Below are positions 51,669-64,000 of a stretch of DNA of 64,000 nucleotides, piece after piece. The position numbers and the translations under genes are program-made. Source of the DNA: Gekko japonicus (lineage: Eukaryota); NCBI RefSeq assembly GCF_001447785.1, contig NW_015170898.1, positions 1,144,549 to 1,208,548 of the forward strand, read 5' to 3'. The notes under the pieces were generated by a model. The model did no database searches, was not told the origin of the DNA, and saw nothing but the letters and a program-made list of their open reading frames with translations. Numbering within the stretch: position 1 is the first letter of the stretch; each line of letters opens with the position of its first letter.

Positions 51669-52310
51669 CCAAGGGTAGATCTGGGGCTGTGGAGGCTGCT
51701 GGGCTGTGCTTTGCTGGTTCTGCTGGGGGTTCGCCTGCTCGCTGCCGGCCGGGGGGTCGTCTTCGGTGCCAGGCGACGTGCTGAGCCCGTCTCTGCCTAG
51801 GTGGGTGTTGCCAGAGCTGCTGCTGGTGCTGGTGGTATTGCTGCTGCTGCTGGAGGAAGCGGAGGAAATGCTGCTGCTGCTGGTGGTGGTGGTGGCCGAG
51901 TTGGCGGCGGAGTTCTTCACGCCGCCGTGGTGAGCGTCGCCGCTGACAGGCGAGGTGGCCACGGCGGCGCAGGGCAGAGGGTCAGGCGGAGGCGAGTGAG
52001 TCGACGTGGCCGCGGCCGCCGCCCGGTTGGCGTACCTGGCCTCGGGGGCGGCGGTGGCAACAGTGCTGTTGGAGGGGTAACTGGTGCGCGCCCTCTCGGT
52101 GCCCCCGCCTGCCGCCGCAAAGTGGCCGGAAGCCGAGCGGCCGACGCTGAGATCCATGCCATTGTAGCCGTAGCCGTACCTGCCGGAATGCATGCTGGCG
52201 GACTCCCGGAATTGCTCGCTCACGGCACTTGGATCTCCATAATTATGTAACGGGTAGTCCGGGCCATTTGGGTAGCGACCGCAAAATGAGTTTACAAAAT
52301 AAGAGCTCAT
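51669..52310 (-). CDS. HOXA5: Homeobox A5, coding exon 1 (3' end and donor missing as assembled)
   Basis: [19 protein letters not shown]...[13 protein letters not shown]...QPQIYPW, after which homology stops. The expected MRKLHISH and GT donor are absent. Confidence 0.93.
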
Positions 52311-52621
52311 TTGTTTTTTGATCGGGGGGCTTGATTTGTGGCTCTTNNNNNNNNNNNNNNNNNNNNNNNNNNNNNNNNNNNNNNNNNNNNNNNNNNNNNN
52401 NNNNNNNNNNNNNNNNNNNNNNNNNNNNNNNNNNNNNNNNNNNNNNNNNNNNNNNNNNNNNNNNNNNNNNNNNNNNNNNNNNNNNNNNNNNNNNNNNNNN
52501 NNNNNNNNNNNNNNNNNNNNNNNNNNNNNNNNNNNNNNNNNNAGTTGGGTGGATGCTGGAGCGCCGGGGCGCGTGCCCGCCGCGCGAGCCCGCCGCCAGC
52601 TCCGGACTGTCAGTCGGCCTC

Positions 52622-52640
52622 GTGCGCCACCCTCTGGAGA
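52622..52640 (-). promoter_or_regulatory. CTCF-like site at the HOXA5|HOXA6 boundary
   Basis: CCAGAGGGTGGCGC matches CCASYAGRKGGCRS at 12/14, in the expected position just upstream of HOXA5. Confidence 0.65.
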
Positions 52641-54566
52641 CAAGAGAGATCTTCACCCTTCCCAGCCAGGGGCTGCAGCAGGGCTGGGGTCGAATCGAGG
52701 TTACAGACCATTATAGCAAAATTATGGCATCTCTCGCACAGTTCCATTAGTATGTACCAATTGTTAAGGGCTATCGGCTCCAGATCACAAAACCGGCAAG
52801 AATGCAGAAGCGAAGGCGGAAATATATTCATCCTTTATTTTCAATACGATTTCTTTCTAAATCTTTCATGGTTGTTTTGGGGCTTTTTTGTCATTTCTGG
52901 TCTGCTAGAGATTGTAAATTCAAAGCAAAATAACTTTGGCTTTTTTAAACTTAAGGATTTTTTGGAGGGGGAGGGGGGAACAGAATAAATCTCAGCATTC
53001 CCGCACCTATTGTTGAGGCAAGTGCTTAAAAATGGGGAGAGGATGGGGGGGGGGATCGATCGAGCTGTTATTTGCGCAGATTTGAAACAGCAGCTTGACT
53101 TCTGCAGAAGTGTCGCCTGGCATGCTTTCACAAAGGGCGGAAAATCTAATGGAATCTAACCACTAGCACCGCTGGATCTGCTCTCCCTCCTGTTTTCTTT
53201 TTGCATAAATATAATGCATCTTTTGGCAAAAAGACATGGTATGTGAGTTCACTTTTAAAAAAAATATTCGTAGCCGGCACCCAAATGGAGCACTCTGCAT
53301 ATCAAAAGAGATCCTCATGTTTCTGTATATAGATGTATATAGATTGAACAGCAAACACACATACATGTATATACGAAACAAGCAATGTTTCCCCCCACAC
53401 TGTTGTGAGAAGGAAACTGTGCCTTCTCCTTCCCCTACCAATAACAAATCATATAAAATCCTATGATCGAAGCTGCGTTTCTAGATTATTAGATTCTCAT
53501 TTATTACTATTATTACTGCTATTATTATTATGGAATTTAACAAAACAGGAAGGGGAGGGATAAAAGACACAGTTCAATATTCCAGCCATTTGCCAGCTTC
53601 TATTGCAAACTCCGTCCACCGCGCCCCAAAATGGGGGGGGGAGTTGTCTGGGTGGTCAATAAACACCTTTTCTTTAGTTCTAACAAGAACTCTAGAAATG
53701 TGCTTCCCTAGAGACAGTTTCCCCTCCAACGAGTATACAGTTTTGACTACAGTGTTGCCTTTTTAAAACAAATGTAGGATTTTGAGTATTTTATTAAAAA
53801 AAAAACACCTGTGACTATTTTGGAAATGCAGCTGGAGAATCACCAACATTTCAAAATATATTTTGAAAAAAACCCCCCCCCCCCATACACACACACACTT
53901 GAATGTTATCCTTCAGCCGCTTCTTTTGTCCTGTCTGAATCCTACCCACAAAGAGACGCATTTCCTCTAACACTCTCCTGCCCTCCAGTTGCCATGACGG
54001 ACCCGCTGAAACCAAAGGGTCTCGTTTCCGACTAACGGGGTTCAGGGAGGACGCGAAAGGGCGTCGAGCAATGAGCGAGCAACACCTGATCTCGGGCTAG
54101 CAGCAAAGCCTATCAAGACGCCTGTCCCTGCCTGGCCAGTCTGGAGGCTGGAGGGCTTCGCCGGGTACAAGCGCCGGGCTCGGGCGTTTTGACCGCCAGC
54201 TGTACCAGCCAGGTGCCCCCCCCCCTCCTTCCCAAAAACGTGTCTCTGAGCGTGTTTTTAAAAAAGGGGTCGTGCTGGGATCTGATGCACGTGAAACACA
54301 GCCACCTATACTGCGGGGGACCTGACCACGCGCACCGCGCACCTCTACATTCAATAATTCAAAAATTCACAGTTAATTTCAAATATATCTCTATATAAAT
54401 ATGTATATATTTTAATCAAGCCTTTCAGAATCACCAGACTTTTTTTTAAAAAAAGGACACAAAAAAGCTAAGGGAGGGGGAGTTTAGTGGAAAGAAAAGC
54501 GGAAGGGGGGGAAGGGGGGGAGCAAGATACCCAGGCAAGGTCTGTTAATATGGCTCAAGCACGGTC

Positions 54567-55037
<471 letters not shown>

Positions 55038-55352
55038 TCACAGAGCTGAACATGGGAATTTCCCAGTGACACACACGTGGACTGTTGGGGCCTTGTGTGT
55101 TACATTCTGTCGATCTCTCTGTGGGGGAGCTGCAAAATACGATCCAACCAAAATGAGGCATCTTCAAGCCCCTCTGATTTCAGTGGGAGAGCCAAACAAG
55201 TGCCTGGACTTAACCCTCTCCTAATCAAACCCGTGGCGACTGGGATTTAGAGAGGATCGTGACCCTTTGTAGTAATGGAACTTCCGCAAACTGACAGCCA
55301 GATCCCAAATACATGGCAAGTTTACTTGACTGCAATAAGGACTACTTCCAAC

Positions 55353-55559
55353 CAACGCTCCTTCTAAAGCTGTGGAGTCTTGTGAGCAAAAAATCTACTT
55401 TGTGAGCTACTGGCATTAAAGCTGTGAGCCAGTGATTTGGCTACTGCAAAAATTAGTTTGCTCTGGAGCCATCCTTCTTGAGCTAAGACAAAAATGTGTG
55501 AGCCGGAGGCTAAAAAACTGTGAGCTAGCTCATGCTAACTCATCTTAGAGGGAACACTG
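55353..55559. mobile_element. Non-autonomous hAT-type DNA transposon (MITE, 207 bp) in HOXA6 intron
   Basis: Right end cttagagggaacactg (reverse complement CAGTGTTCCCTCTAAG) and degenerate left end caacgctccttctaaa (11/16). Flanked by 8-bp TSD cttccaac (55345-55352) / cttccaag (55560-55567). Internal repeated tgtgagc motifs. Confidence 0.75.
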
Positions 55560-56667
55560 CTTCCAAGTAAGTCTAGATATGAAGTAGGCTGGGGAGGGGG
55601 GGGGGTTGGTCATGTGTTCTTAAAACAAGGAATCTATTCCAAAATCACAACACGGCTGGAATTGACTGTGTTGTATATTCTGAAAGGACTGCAGCGCCTA
55701 CAGTGCTTTGTTTGTTTTTAAGCGATGCCACTTCAGAGGAGAGTTGTAAACAATGCCTCTGAAATTTAATTTTTTTTTCCTTGCTGGTCTCTCCTTTCGC
55801 TATCCATGTTAAACTGCCACATACAAAGGAGGGCAAAGGATGAAATCCTGACCCATTGAAATCAATGGGAGTTTTGTCACTGATCAGATTTCTTTCTCCA
55901 CTGCCATTTTCTTCCCAACCCCCCCCACAAAATGATTTGTGTGTGCGCCCACATAATATAGAAAACGTGCATTCGATAGCTAATACTTACACACTAATGA
56001 GTGGGGGAAGGGAGGGCGAAGAGAGGGAGTGCCTTGCAAATATATGGAGTTGTCAATAGAGAGGGTACCCTCTTTACCATCACTCTCTGAGTCCCATAGA
56101 AAGAGGAATTTGCCTGTTGTCATTATCGCCATGACTGTCACTATCAAATCCCAGAGTTAATCGCCTAGAAGTTAATCATATTCATGTTAATGGATCTAGC
56201 TATAACTTAAGTGTGTTTAGGGATGCAGCCTTCCTGGATGGACTTAAGCTGGTGGCATTTTTTTTTAAAGCCCTGTTTATTCTAGGTAGCTCCAGTATCA
56301 GGTTGGTGAAGGACGTGGGCGAAGCGTCTCAGGTTACCCATTGGCTTGTAGGTGTCATTGCTCTTCAGAGAGAGCCCGAATGAAAAGCACATCCATTCCC
56401 TAAATGATCTCCCTCCGTGGCAAAACCGCACCAGCCCCCCTCCCCCCAGCCNNNNNNNNNNNNNNNNNNNNNNNNNNNNNNNNNNNNNNNNNNNNNNNNN
56501 NNNNNNNNNNNNNNNNNNNNNNNNNNNNNNNNNNNNNNNNNNNNNNNNNNNNNNNNNNNNNNNNNNNNNNNNNNNNNNNNNNNNNNNNNNNNNNNNNNNN
56601 NNNNNNNNNNNNNNNNNNNNNNNNNNNNNNNNNNNNCTCCCCGCCGGCACCTCCCGCCCCGACTTAC

Positions 56668-57154
56668 CAGCGCAGGAGTTAATCCTCTGCATCCAGGGGT
56701 AAACGGGGCTGCTGTACTTCCGGTCGCTGCCGTCGTCACCGAGGGCTTTGCCCGGCCCGCTCTCGGGCTTGTACTGCTGGTCGGAGGCGAAGCAGGGCAG
56801 ATAGTCCCCCGGGTGGCCGGGCCGCGGCTTGCCGGAGCCGTTGGCGGCGGCCAGGTCCTTGTCGGCGTAGCAGCAGGAGCCTCCCGCGTAGTCGTAGGCG
56901 GGCCCGCGGCTGCAGGCGAGGACGGTGGTGGCGGCGGCGGCGGCGGCGGCGGACTGCTGGTAGAAGCCAGGTGAGGTGTAGGGCTTGTCCGGCAGGCTGC
57001 CGGCCCCGTAGGAGGAGGCGGCGGCGGAGGAGGAGGCGGGGAAGTGCCTCAGCGCCTCGTAGCCGGCCGGGTAGAGGGGGAGCTGCCCGAGGAAGGACTC
57101 CTGCCCGCCGGGCAGGCTCCCCGGGAAAGAGGGATTGACGAAGTAGGAACTCAT
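56668..57154 (-). CDS. HOXA6: Homeobox A6, coding exon 1
   Basis: [28 protein letters not shown] and [14 protein letters not shown]. Donor GCTG|gtaagt at 56668/56667. 487 nt, phase 1. Spliced CDS is 747 nt (248 aa). Confidence 0.97.
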
Positions 57155-57516
57155 GGGCGCTCCCCAGACCCCGGACCGTGATTTGTTGTGTATTAGTACA
57201 TCTGGCGATAACTATTAGGAGTCATCCGAGGGGTTTGTTTCTGGATGGCCGAGCGCCAAAAGCGACAGCAGCAAATAGCACCAGCTGACGGCGGGGCGAC
57301 CAATGAGCGAGCGGCGGAGGGCCTTCTCCCCTGGGACCTGCCGCCACCGAGCCAGCAAAGTTACANNNNNNNNNNNNNNNNNNNNNNNNNNNNNNNNNNN
57401 NNNNNNNNNNNNNNNNNNNNNNNNNNNNNNNNNNNNNNNNNNNNNNNNNNNNNNNNNNNNNNNNNNNNNNNNNNNNNNNNNNNNNNNNNNNNNNNNNNNN
57501 NNNNNNNCAACGCGCA

Positions 57517-57534
57517 GGCCGCCACCTTCCGACG
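57517..57534 (-). promoter_or_regulatory. Possible CTCF site at the HOXA6|HOXA7 boundary
   Basis: TCGGAAGGTGGCGG matches the CTCF core at 11/14, with the same orientation and similar offset as the A5|A6 site. Confidence 0.4.
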
Positions 57535-60500
57535 TGCCAGGGAAGGGAGGGGGTCGGAGCCGGAGAGGACTTGCGTGGGGGGGGATGAGGACACAGGGAC
57601 TTGGAGGGGGGGCCATGGCAGCGACAGTTAATCGAGGACTCCAAGGAAGTGACACGGGGGGGCTGAGGACCTCGGGGGCGCCTGGGCGCTGGAACACGAG
57701 GGAGGCTTGTGCAAAGGTCGGGTGTAGCGACTGAAGGGAGATCAGGGGCACCGGTGAAAGTCCCCCTCCCCCAGATGAAAGCCCCTCGGCCTGCAGTCGA
57801 CTGAAAGGGTGATACCTGGGGCTTTTTTAAAAAGAAAAAAAGCGGTTCTGAATGATCTGACAGTCAAGAAGCCGCGCCTGGACGCCCAGCCCGAAAGGGA
57901 CTCTCCCGTCCCGACGTGCCCTTCCGACTCCCGCCCCTCCTCCCGGCTCTGCCCCGGACCCGCGGGCCCCAACTGTTTCCCTTTGAATCGGCATCGACAA
58001 TTTCGTGGCGTAGTCGGAGCGGAACCGGACACAAAAAGGGGGCTTGTACTTTTACGGTGGCGACTCTTCCTTTTGCCGGCTCCTTGCAGAAAACCTCTTC
58101 CAAAGTAACTGCCCCGGCGACCCGCTCTTTCGAAGAGAGAGAAGGTTCACGGTTTGCTCGTTCAAATCAGTTGGCTGTTGTCGTCTGAATCCGGCCTGAA
58201 AACAGAGCACGAGGGGGACGGGCTCCTTCTCCTGCCTCCCCCCTGCCCAAAGCCTCGGTCCACAGGAGGCCCTCCGAAAAGGACTTCCTTCGGCTGTGGC
58301 TTCTGAGCATTTCATTAAGCCAGGTTGCTTTCCGTTTTTTGACTCGCCCGCCTCTGACGCGGCGTCTCCCCGTCTCCACGGTGGCGAGCGATTTCAGGCT
58401 CACGTAACCGAAACCTTCCCTTCGGGCCTGCAGGGCGAGCGGAGATTTAGCGGGAGAGGCAGTCCCTTTTTTGCCTTCGGCCGCAGGCCTCCACGCAAAT
58501 CCCCGCCAACCCTTTTCCTCTGGGTGCCAATTGACGTGGTTTTCACACTTGCCCAAACTTTCTGTTTTCCACCGACCCGGCGGTTTGAATGGACTCTGCT
58601 ATAACCGGCCCTCAATTGGCTTTGGAACCCGCGGGGGTTTGTTGCTGCAGAGGCTTCGATTGGATTGTTTCATTTCCGGAGTCCGATTACGGTATCTATA
58701 AAACAGCAGTAAGTCAAAACAATGTGCATTGTTTTGTGCTCGCAACCGGGGTTTCACAGAGAGCTCTCGATTGCCTCCAATAATGGCTTTTTCAAAGGAC
58801 TTTCCCCCATTCTAAACAACAAGCGACAACTAAAACGTAACCCATAAGTGCAATTGGCAAGGCAGGGGAAAAAAGCATGCATCGATTTAGAAACAGGAAA
58901 GCAAACGCAACTGAAAGTAAAAATAAATTGCCTTCCAAGTTTTATTTTATTTTTTTAGAACGCCAGCACTACCAAAATAACTGCTTTTGGTGAAGTCAGC
59001 ATAGGGATCGGGCGGAGAAAGGACGGACAAGGGGAGGAAAAGGATCCCCACCGTCCAACTCCAGCGCCGCCGCCTCCTTGTCTCTACTTTTAGGAAAAGT
59101 TTTAGCACAGCTAGTTTCTCATTTCTTCTTCTGAGCGCGAAAGATCCCTCCCCCGGCGCACAGCCTGAATTAGGGGCTTGTAAACATAGAGGGGATAGGA
59201 AACCGACGGCTAAATCAAGGGAGGACCTCCTTGGATTTCCTTTGAATCAGTCAGTGGCGAAATTGATCAGAATAATCAAAGAAAACATCTCTGCGAAGGA
59301 AAAGAGCGGCAGGCAAGGGAGATGAAAGCAGGTTATCTAACGAATGAATATCCCCCTCCCCAATATCTTGGTTTCATTCCAGTGAAGGAATAACATCCAC
59401 GTCTGTTATGAGTCAACCTCGCCCCCCCAGCAGAGCCCCCGAGACCCACATCTGCTCAACAGCAGCGCTGCCAGAGACGGGATCTTCTCAGATGAACACA
59501 GGCGACGTCTGCCGGGGCGCACTGCTGAGTGGAAGAAGGTGAACAGACCCCAACAAACAGACCCACTCGAAACAAAGCATTTTGTTTTTTTTTAAACCCC
59601 AAATTCTTTAAATCGCAGAGTGCGTTTATTTATTTCTTTATTAAACAGAGGTCACTACCACTTTAACACCAGGAGGGGTCCCCCCCCCCTTACATTCCAC
59701 CGAAGCCATCAATCAAACAAAAGTTAGAATACAGGTGCGCGGGGAGAAGAGGGGGGCAGTTACCCTCTTAAGCTTAAAAGCCCCATTTCCTCTAAGGTAC
59801 AAATCCACTTACAAATCCGTCTCATGTTCCGAGATGTAACAGAAAGCAACTTTTAGTTAATAGCCGCTAATCCAAACAGATCTCACAATCCCAGCCATTG
59901 TTTAGGTTGAACGCGCGTGTTAGTCACCCTCCGCGTTGGCTGTGCCAAACATACAGTTCAATAACATAATTCAAGGGTCACCTACACATATAACTTTTAA
60001 ATCACCTGTGGGGAAATACCCGTTAAGTAGATACGGTCAGATGAGACACTGAAAACCGATTAAAAACAAAACAAACGGGAGTTGCCGAGGATAAACCATC
60101 CGCCAGGGTTTTTTGGTTTTTTTTTTAAACAGGCGCTTGCCTTTGGCCCTCTTCCCCACCTAGTACCCACTTCGGCCACATCGTGGCAGCACTGAGTACA
60201 AGTCTCTCGGCCATAAATAATCTGACATTCACTGCAGTTGCAGTCAAGGAGATACTGCAATGCAATACGCACGTAATTTTTGCCAACCCGGAGAAAAACA
60301 GAAGAAACCGTTCGTTTTGAGCATCAAAGACACTCGATGCTCATTCTTAACAACAGTCACGAATATTTTAAGACCGCATAATCAGAAATAGTTCCCGCCT
60401 CGAAAAGGAGTTAAACAGCAATACAAAATGGGCGAACCATACCTTATGAATCGTCATAAAATCTTACGTCCAGCTCTATTAACACATCATTCCAGAGTTT

Positions 60501-61235
60501 TAAAGAGAATATCCCCTTCTTTCATTTGCCTTGCATTCTCCCCCGCCCCCCCAAAAAAGCGGCATTGTGAGGATCCGGAATATGGTCCTCTATTGTATTT
60601 CAGCCTTCAATAATATTAGCAAATAAACCGCATTTCCAGACTTTGAAAAAGTCCATAATACTATCCAGGTTCCAAACTGTATGCGAGACATGATCAACAT
60701 TTTGCATCGTTACTGATCTAAAAATAAAACAATCCAACTGTATATAGATTCTCGTGTGTTAGTGGAATTGATCTCCACCTAAAATGAGGCGGCTGTCGAG
60801 ATTTTACTGACGTTGATAATATGATATAATCACCTTTTTTAAAAAGCACGCCTTAAAAACAGCAAACACAAATTCAGTGCGAGAAGAGGGTGGAAAACCA
60901 GGTTTGTTAGTCGTTGAAGGGAGCGTTCTGTGACTCTGTGAATGTAGCGCTTAATTCGATGGCTTTCTCAAACCCACCATCTAACCTATTATTAGTAAAC
61001 AAAATGCCCGATCGACATTGTTAAAACGACACCGAGACGGTGTGGAGACCCGTTCCCTTTCTGCGCTCTGCCCGACTCCCGCAGACGGAGCCTTCCGCCG
61101 GGGCCATTTACTCCTCGCTTGGCAAACATTCTGCCTCTAATACAGACCCATAATAAATACACCCAACGAGAGGTCAGTACGGCAGGCTGCATAAGGTGGA
61201 CCGGGTTTGCTAGCTCATTTCTCTGCCTTTCTCAC

Positions 61236-61590
61236 CTTTTAGGTTCTGGCTGGCAGGAGCCCCTTCGACTTTGACAGCTGTCGTTTTGGCTGCGCCGGAG
61301 ACGAATCGCCCTCCTTTTGGTGCCAGAAGAAGCAGGAAATTAGCCAGGCTGCGAGCCGAAAATCTGCCACTCCAGTGCTTTGAATCCAATCTGCCACACC
61401 TTCCGGCGGAGGAGCTGGAAATTGCCATCCAAGACCCGCGTTCTGGGCGGCTGTTGGAGCCGAACCTCCATGCTGCCCGGCTCCCCATTGACTCGCGAAG
61501 GGCTCACGAGCACCGGGGGTGGGGCGGGGGGACCGAGAAGCCGGAGAGATCCGAAGCAGGACTGAGCTGAGCAAAAGAATGCAGCTCTAT
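61236..61590 (-). other. First exon from distal HOXA6-HOXA7 intergenic promoter (5' end approximate)
   Basis: Donor AAAG|gtgaga at 61236/61235, directly downstream of a TATA/CCAAT-containing block. Confidence 0.5.
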
Positions 61591-61594
61591 TCTC

Positions 61595-61740
61595 GCCAGG
61601 GAAATTATAAAAAAGTTCATGTTCACGGTTACCATCCACATGACCGTCGGCGACCAATGGAGGAACCGAACCACTCATAAAGTTGTATTGCAAAGTTGTA
61701 AATTTTCATAAACAACAACGGATTTATGGCCCTTTTCCTC
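61595..61740 (-). promoter_or_regulatory. Distal promoter / conserved element between HOXA6 and HOXA7
   Basis: TTATAA (~61605-61610), CCAAT (~61654-61658) and several CATAAA/TTTATG Cdx-Hox sites. A distal promoter for long Hoxa5/Hoxa3 transcripts is known here in mammals. Confidence 0.55.
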
Positions 61741-62879
61741 ATCACTAAGAAAGAGGCAGGACTTAGAGAGGCGCCATTTTACCAGAGAGGCAGACCTAGA
61801 TTTTTAAAGGACCCACCGTTTGGATTCCCTTGTCATCATTATTAGGAAAATTGCGCCGAAGGCTTTGCGAATACCGGAGCCTGCAGTGCCTGCTGCCTTC
61901 GCGGCTCCTCTTCGCCTAGCACTTTTACGCATTTTTCTTCACAATTTCACTGTTAATTGTGCTATTTAAAAAACAACAACAAAAAACCCGATCTGGCTCA
62001 TTAAAAGAAAAAAAGAATTGCTTGTATGGAAAATATTTGGCAATATGAGCTCTTTTTTTTGGGTATATGCCTTACAAATACATATGTGTGTATATGTGTG
62101 TGTTTATATACACGCACGCACACAATTTCCTGGGGTGAGGACTCCCGTGCATCCCGCACGGGGCTTTTTAAACCCGCCGTATTCATGCCCTTTATCCCAG
62201 GAATTTCGCATTGCTACGGGCCCAGATGAGGATTCCCGTTTATGCCACAGAAAATGGCTCTTAACCCGTCAAATCGAAAGCCTGCTTATATTTCGAAGGC
62301 TAAACGGGGGAGACCTGAACCTTATGCCTATTTGCTTAGAAGCGATTATCACCGAACTGAATGCTATGGACTTCGGAGTAGGTTTGGGATAAGGAGTGCT
62401 TGCGAGTCGGCCATTCAGGTGAACAAAGGTTTTTAATGAATACTTCTCTTTTCTATCCCCCCCCCCCATGCCAGTTCGACTACTGCTTCGGCTCTGATCC
62501 CGGGCATATTACACGGAAGTAACTTTTACAATTACAGCGGAGCTGACTTCCAGGTAGTAGGGTAGGGGTATGGAATGTTTTCGGGCATTGCTAAGAAACC
62601 TTCCCCACCCACCCCGTCTGACATGTGTGTGTTTGTGTACTGTACACGTGTGTATTCGCACACCCAACAAAGAAAGACCACCTATTGTCAACAAGCATTT
62701 TTATTTCTGTGTAACATAAAACACACTGAATACACGAAAGCACTTCCAAAGAGAATTCACGCACATTCAACTCCCCCCCCATTTATTCTTTTAAAACACA
62801 GAATACCTCAATGTTCACAATGAACACATCGAAAAGCACATTGTAACATACAATTTATGAATAAAGTTTAGCCAAAACT

Positions 62880-64000
62880 TTTCCAGGCGCAATTTATTTG
62901 TACAGAGCTCGTTAACATGGCACCATGCTACAAAGTTACCCCAATTCAGCACAGGTTTCCCAGCTTAGGGCGTGATGTGAAGCCCAAGACAACGGAGATG
63001 GCCGAAGGTGCCCCCCAACATACAAGATGTGCTAATTGTTCGCGCAGTTTCATGCGTATTCCATTCTGGTCGTCAGGAGGACTCGGGGAAAGGTGGCGGG
63101 GAATCAGGTATATGGCAGCTGCCTAGATTAACAAGAGGGGTCCCCCCCCCCAACTGTATCAAGCAGAATGAATGATTTAAACCCAAACATCTAATCGCGG
63201 CCCAGAGCGGAATACAAAACGAAATACCGGAGATGAAACCGCTTTATACAACCTTTTCGAGAAGTTTCTTAAAATTCAGACTGGAGAAGACACGAGCAGA
63301 AAGTTTTATGTTGCAGCATATCACTTAATAACAGACTTGGAATAAATATATTATTTTTAAATTATACTCAGTAATACTCGGCCCCAAATTCTCTATTAGA
63401 GCTAGGAGGCCCCGCATTTCTTTCCCTCCCCCCCCCCCTTTCCATTCCTCCTTCTCTGCCTTTCAGGTCCTGCAGGCGAGTAACCCCAGCATGAACCTCT
63501 TTCCTGTCCTTATTAATAAAATACAGTAGGGCTCAGAAGATATGTAGGCAGAGCTAGTTAATAGGTAGTTTTGAAAATAGGTAGTACAAATAACTGCTGT
63601 TGAGTCTAGTGGTTCAGTCACTGTTTTTTCAAGGATCCCCCCCCCCCCAGGTTTTGTTAACCACAAACAAAAACTCCCACCCCACAGTGAAATGGAAGGA
63701 CATCGGCCTTCCGTCAATAATTAGGTAGTTTGCAAGAACTGATCCTAATGCACTCCCGCCCCATAGGGACTGATTGGGACCAATACAGTCAGGTAGTTTT
63801 ATTCGGAAGCCTTAACTTTTGTGGGGGGGGGGGGTTTGAGGGATTCCTCCCCACATGTGCAAGTAACCAATTTTTTTTCTTTCAGTCAGCAATACCAGTA
63901 TCATCTGTTTTAAAAATGCAACACTTTAAATAGAGACCTGGCCAACCCAGGCCAAAGTGGTCCAGGTTGCGTAGTGAGTAGTTTACTCCTAGTTTACACA
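62880..64000 (-). other. HOXA7: Probable HOXA7 3' UTR (CDS outside window)
   Basis: Gene order, four miR-196 seed matches (63562-63569, 63578-63585, 63722-63729, 63791-63797) and AATAAA at 62898-62893. Confidence 0.7.

Noticed and set aside
63721-63745. taggtagttt as a miR-196 gene
   Set aside because: Only the seed region matches, it is on the strand opposite Hox transcription, and there is no hairpin. These are target sites, and miR-196b lies near HOXA9/A10, outside the window.

Overview
Vertebrate genomic DNA covering the anterior half of a HoxA cluster, with all genes on the minus strand: HOXA1, HOXA2, HOXA3, HOXA4, HOXA5, HOXA6 and, at the right edge, what looks like the HOXA7 3' UTR (four miR-196 sites). 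A tRNA-headed SINE with a (CTT)n tail and many short palindromic repeats point to a squamate, probably a gecko. HOXA1, A2, A3 and A6 splice into intact ORFs of 333, 382, 415 and 248 aa. As assembled, HOXA4 exon 1 is frameshifted just before the YPWM motif. HOXA5 exon 1 lacks the MRKLHISH segment and its splice donor. Both lesions are most likely assembly errors, since N-gaps sit in the same GC-rich regions, but they need checking against reads. Recognisable cis-elements include three DR5 RAREs, the Hoxa2 r4, r2 and r3/r5 enhancers, the Hoxa3 kreisler/Pbx-Hox enhancer, the HOXA4 intronic HB-1 element and CTCF-like sites at A5|A6 and A6|A7. Splice signals also outline a multi-exon non-coding leader that runs from upstream of HOXA6 into HOXA3, and a HOTAIRM1-like antisense transcript. 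I found no convincingly novel biological system. The unusual points are lineage-specific changes to a known locus. Comparisons with human, mouse and chicken are from memory and were not computed.
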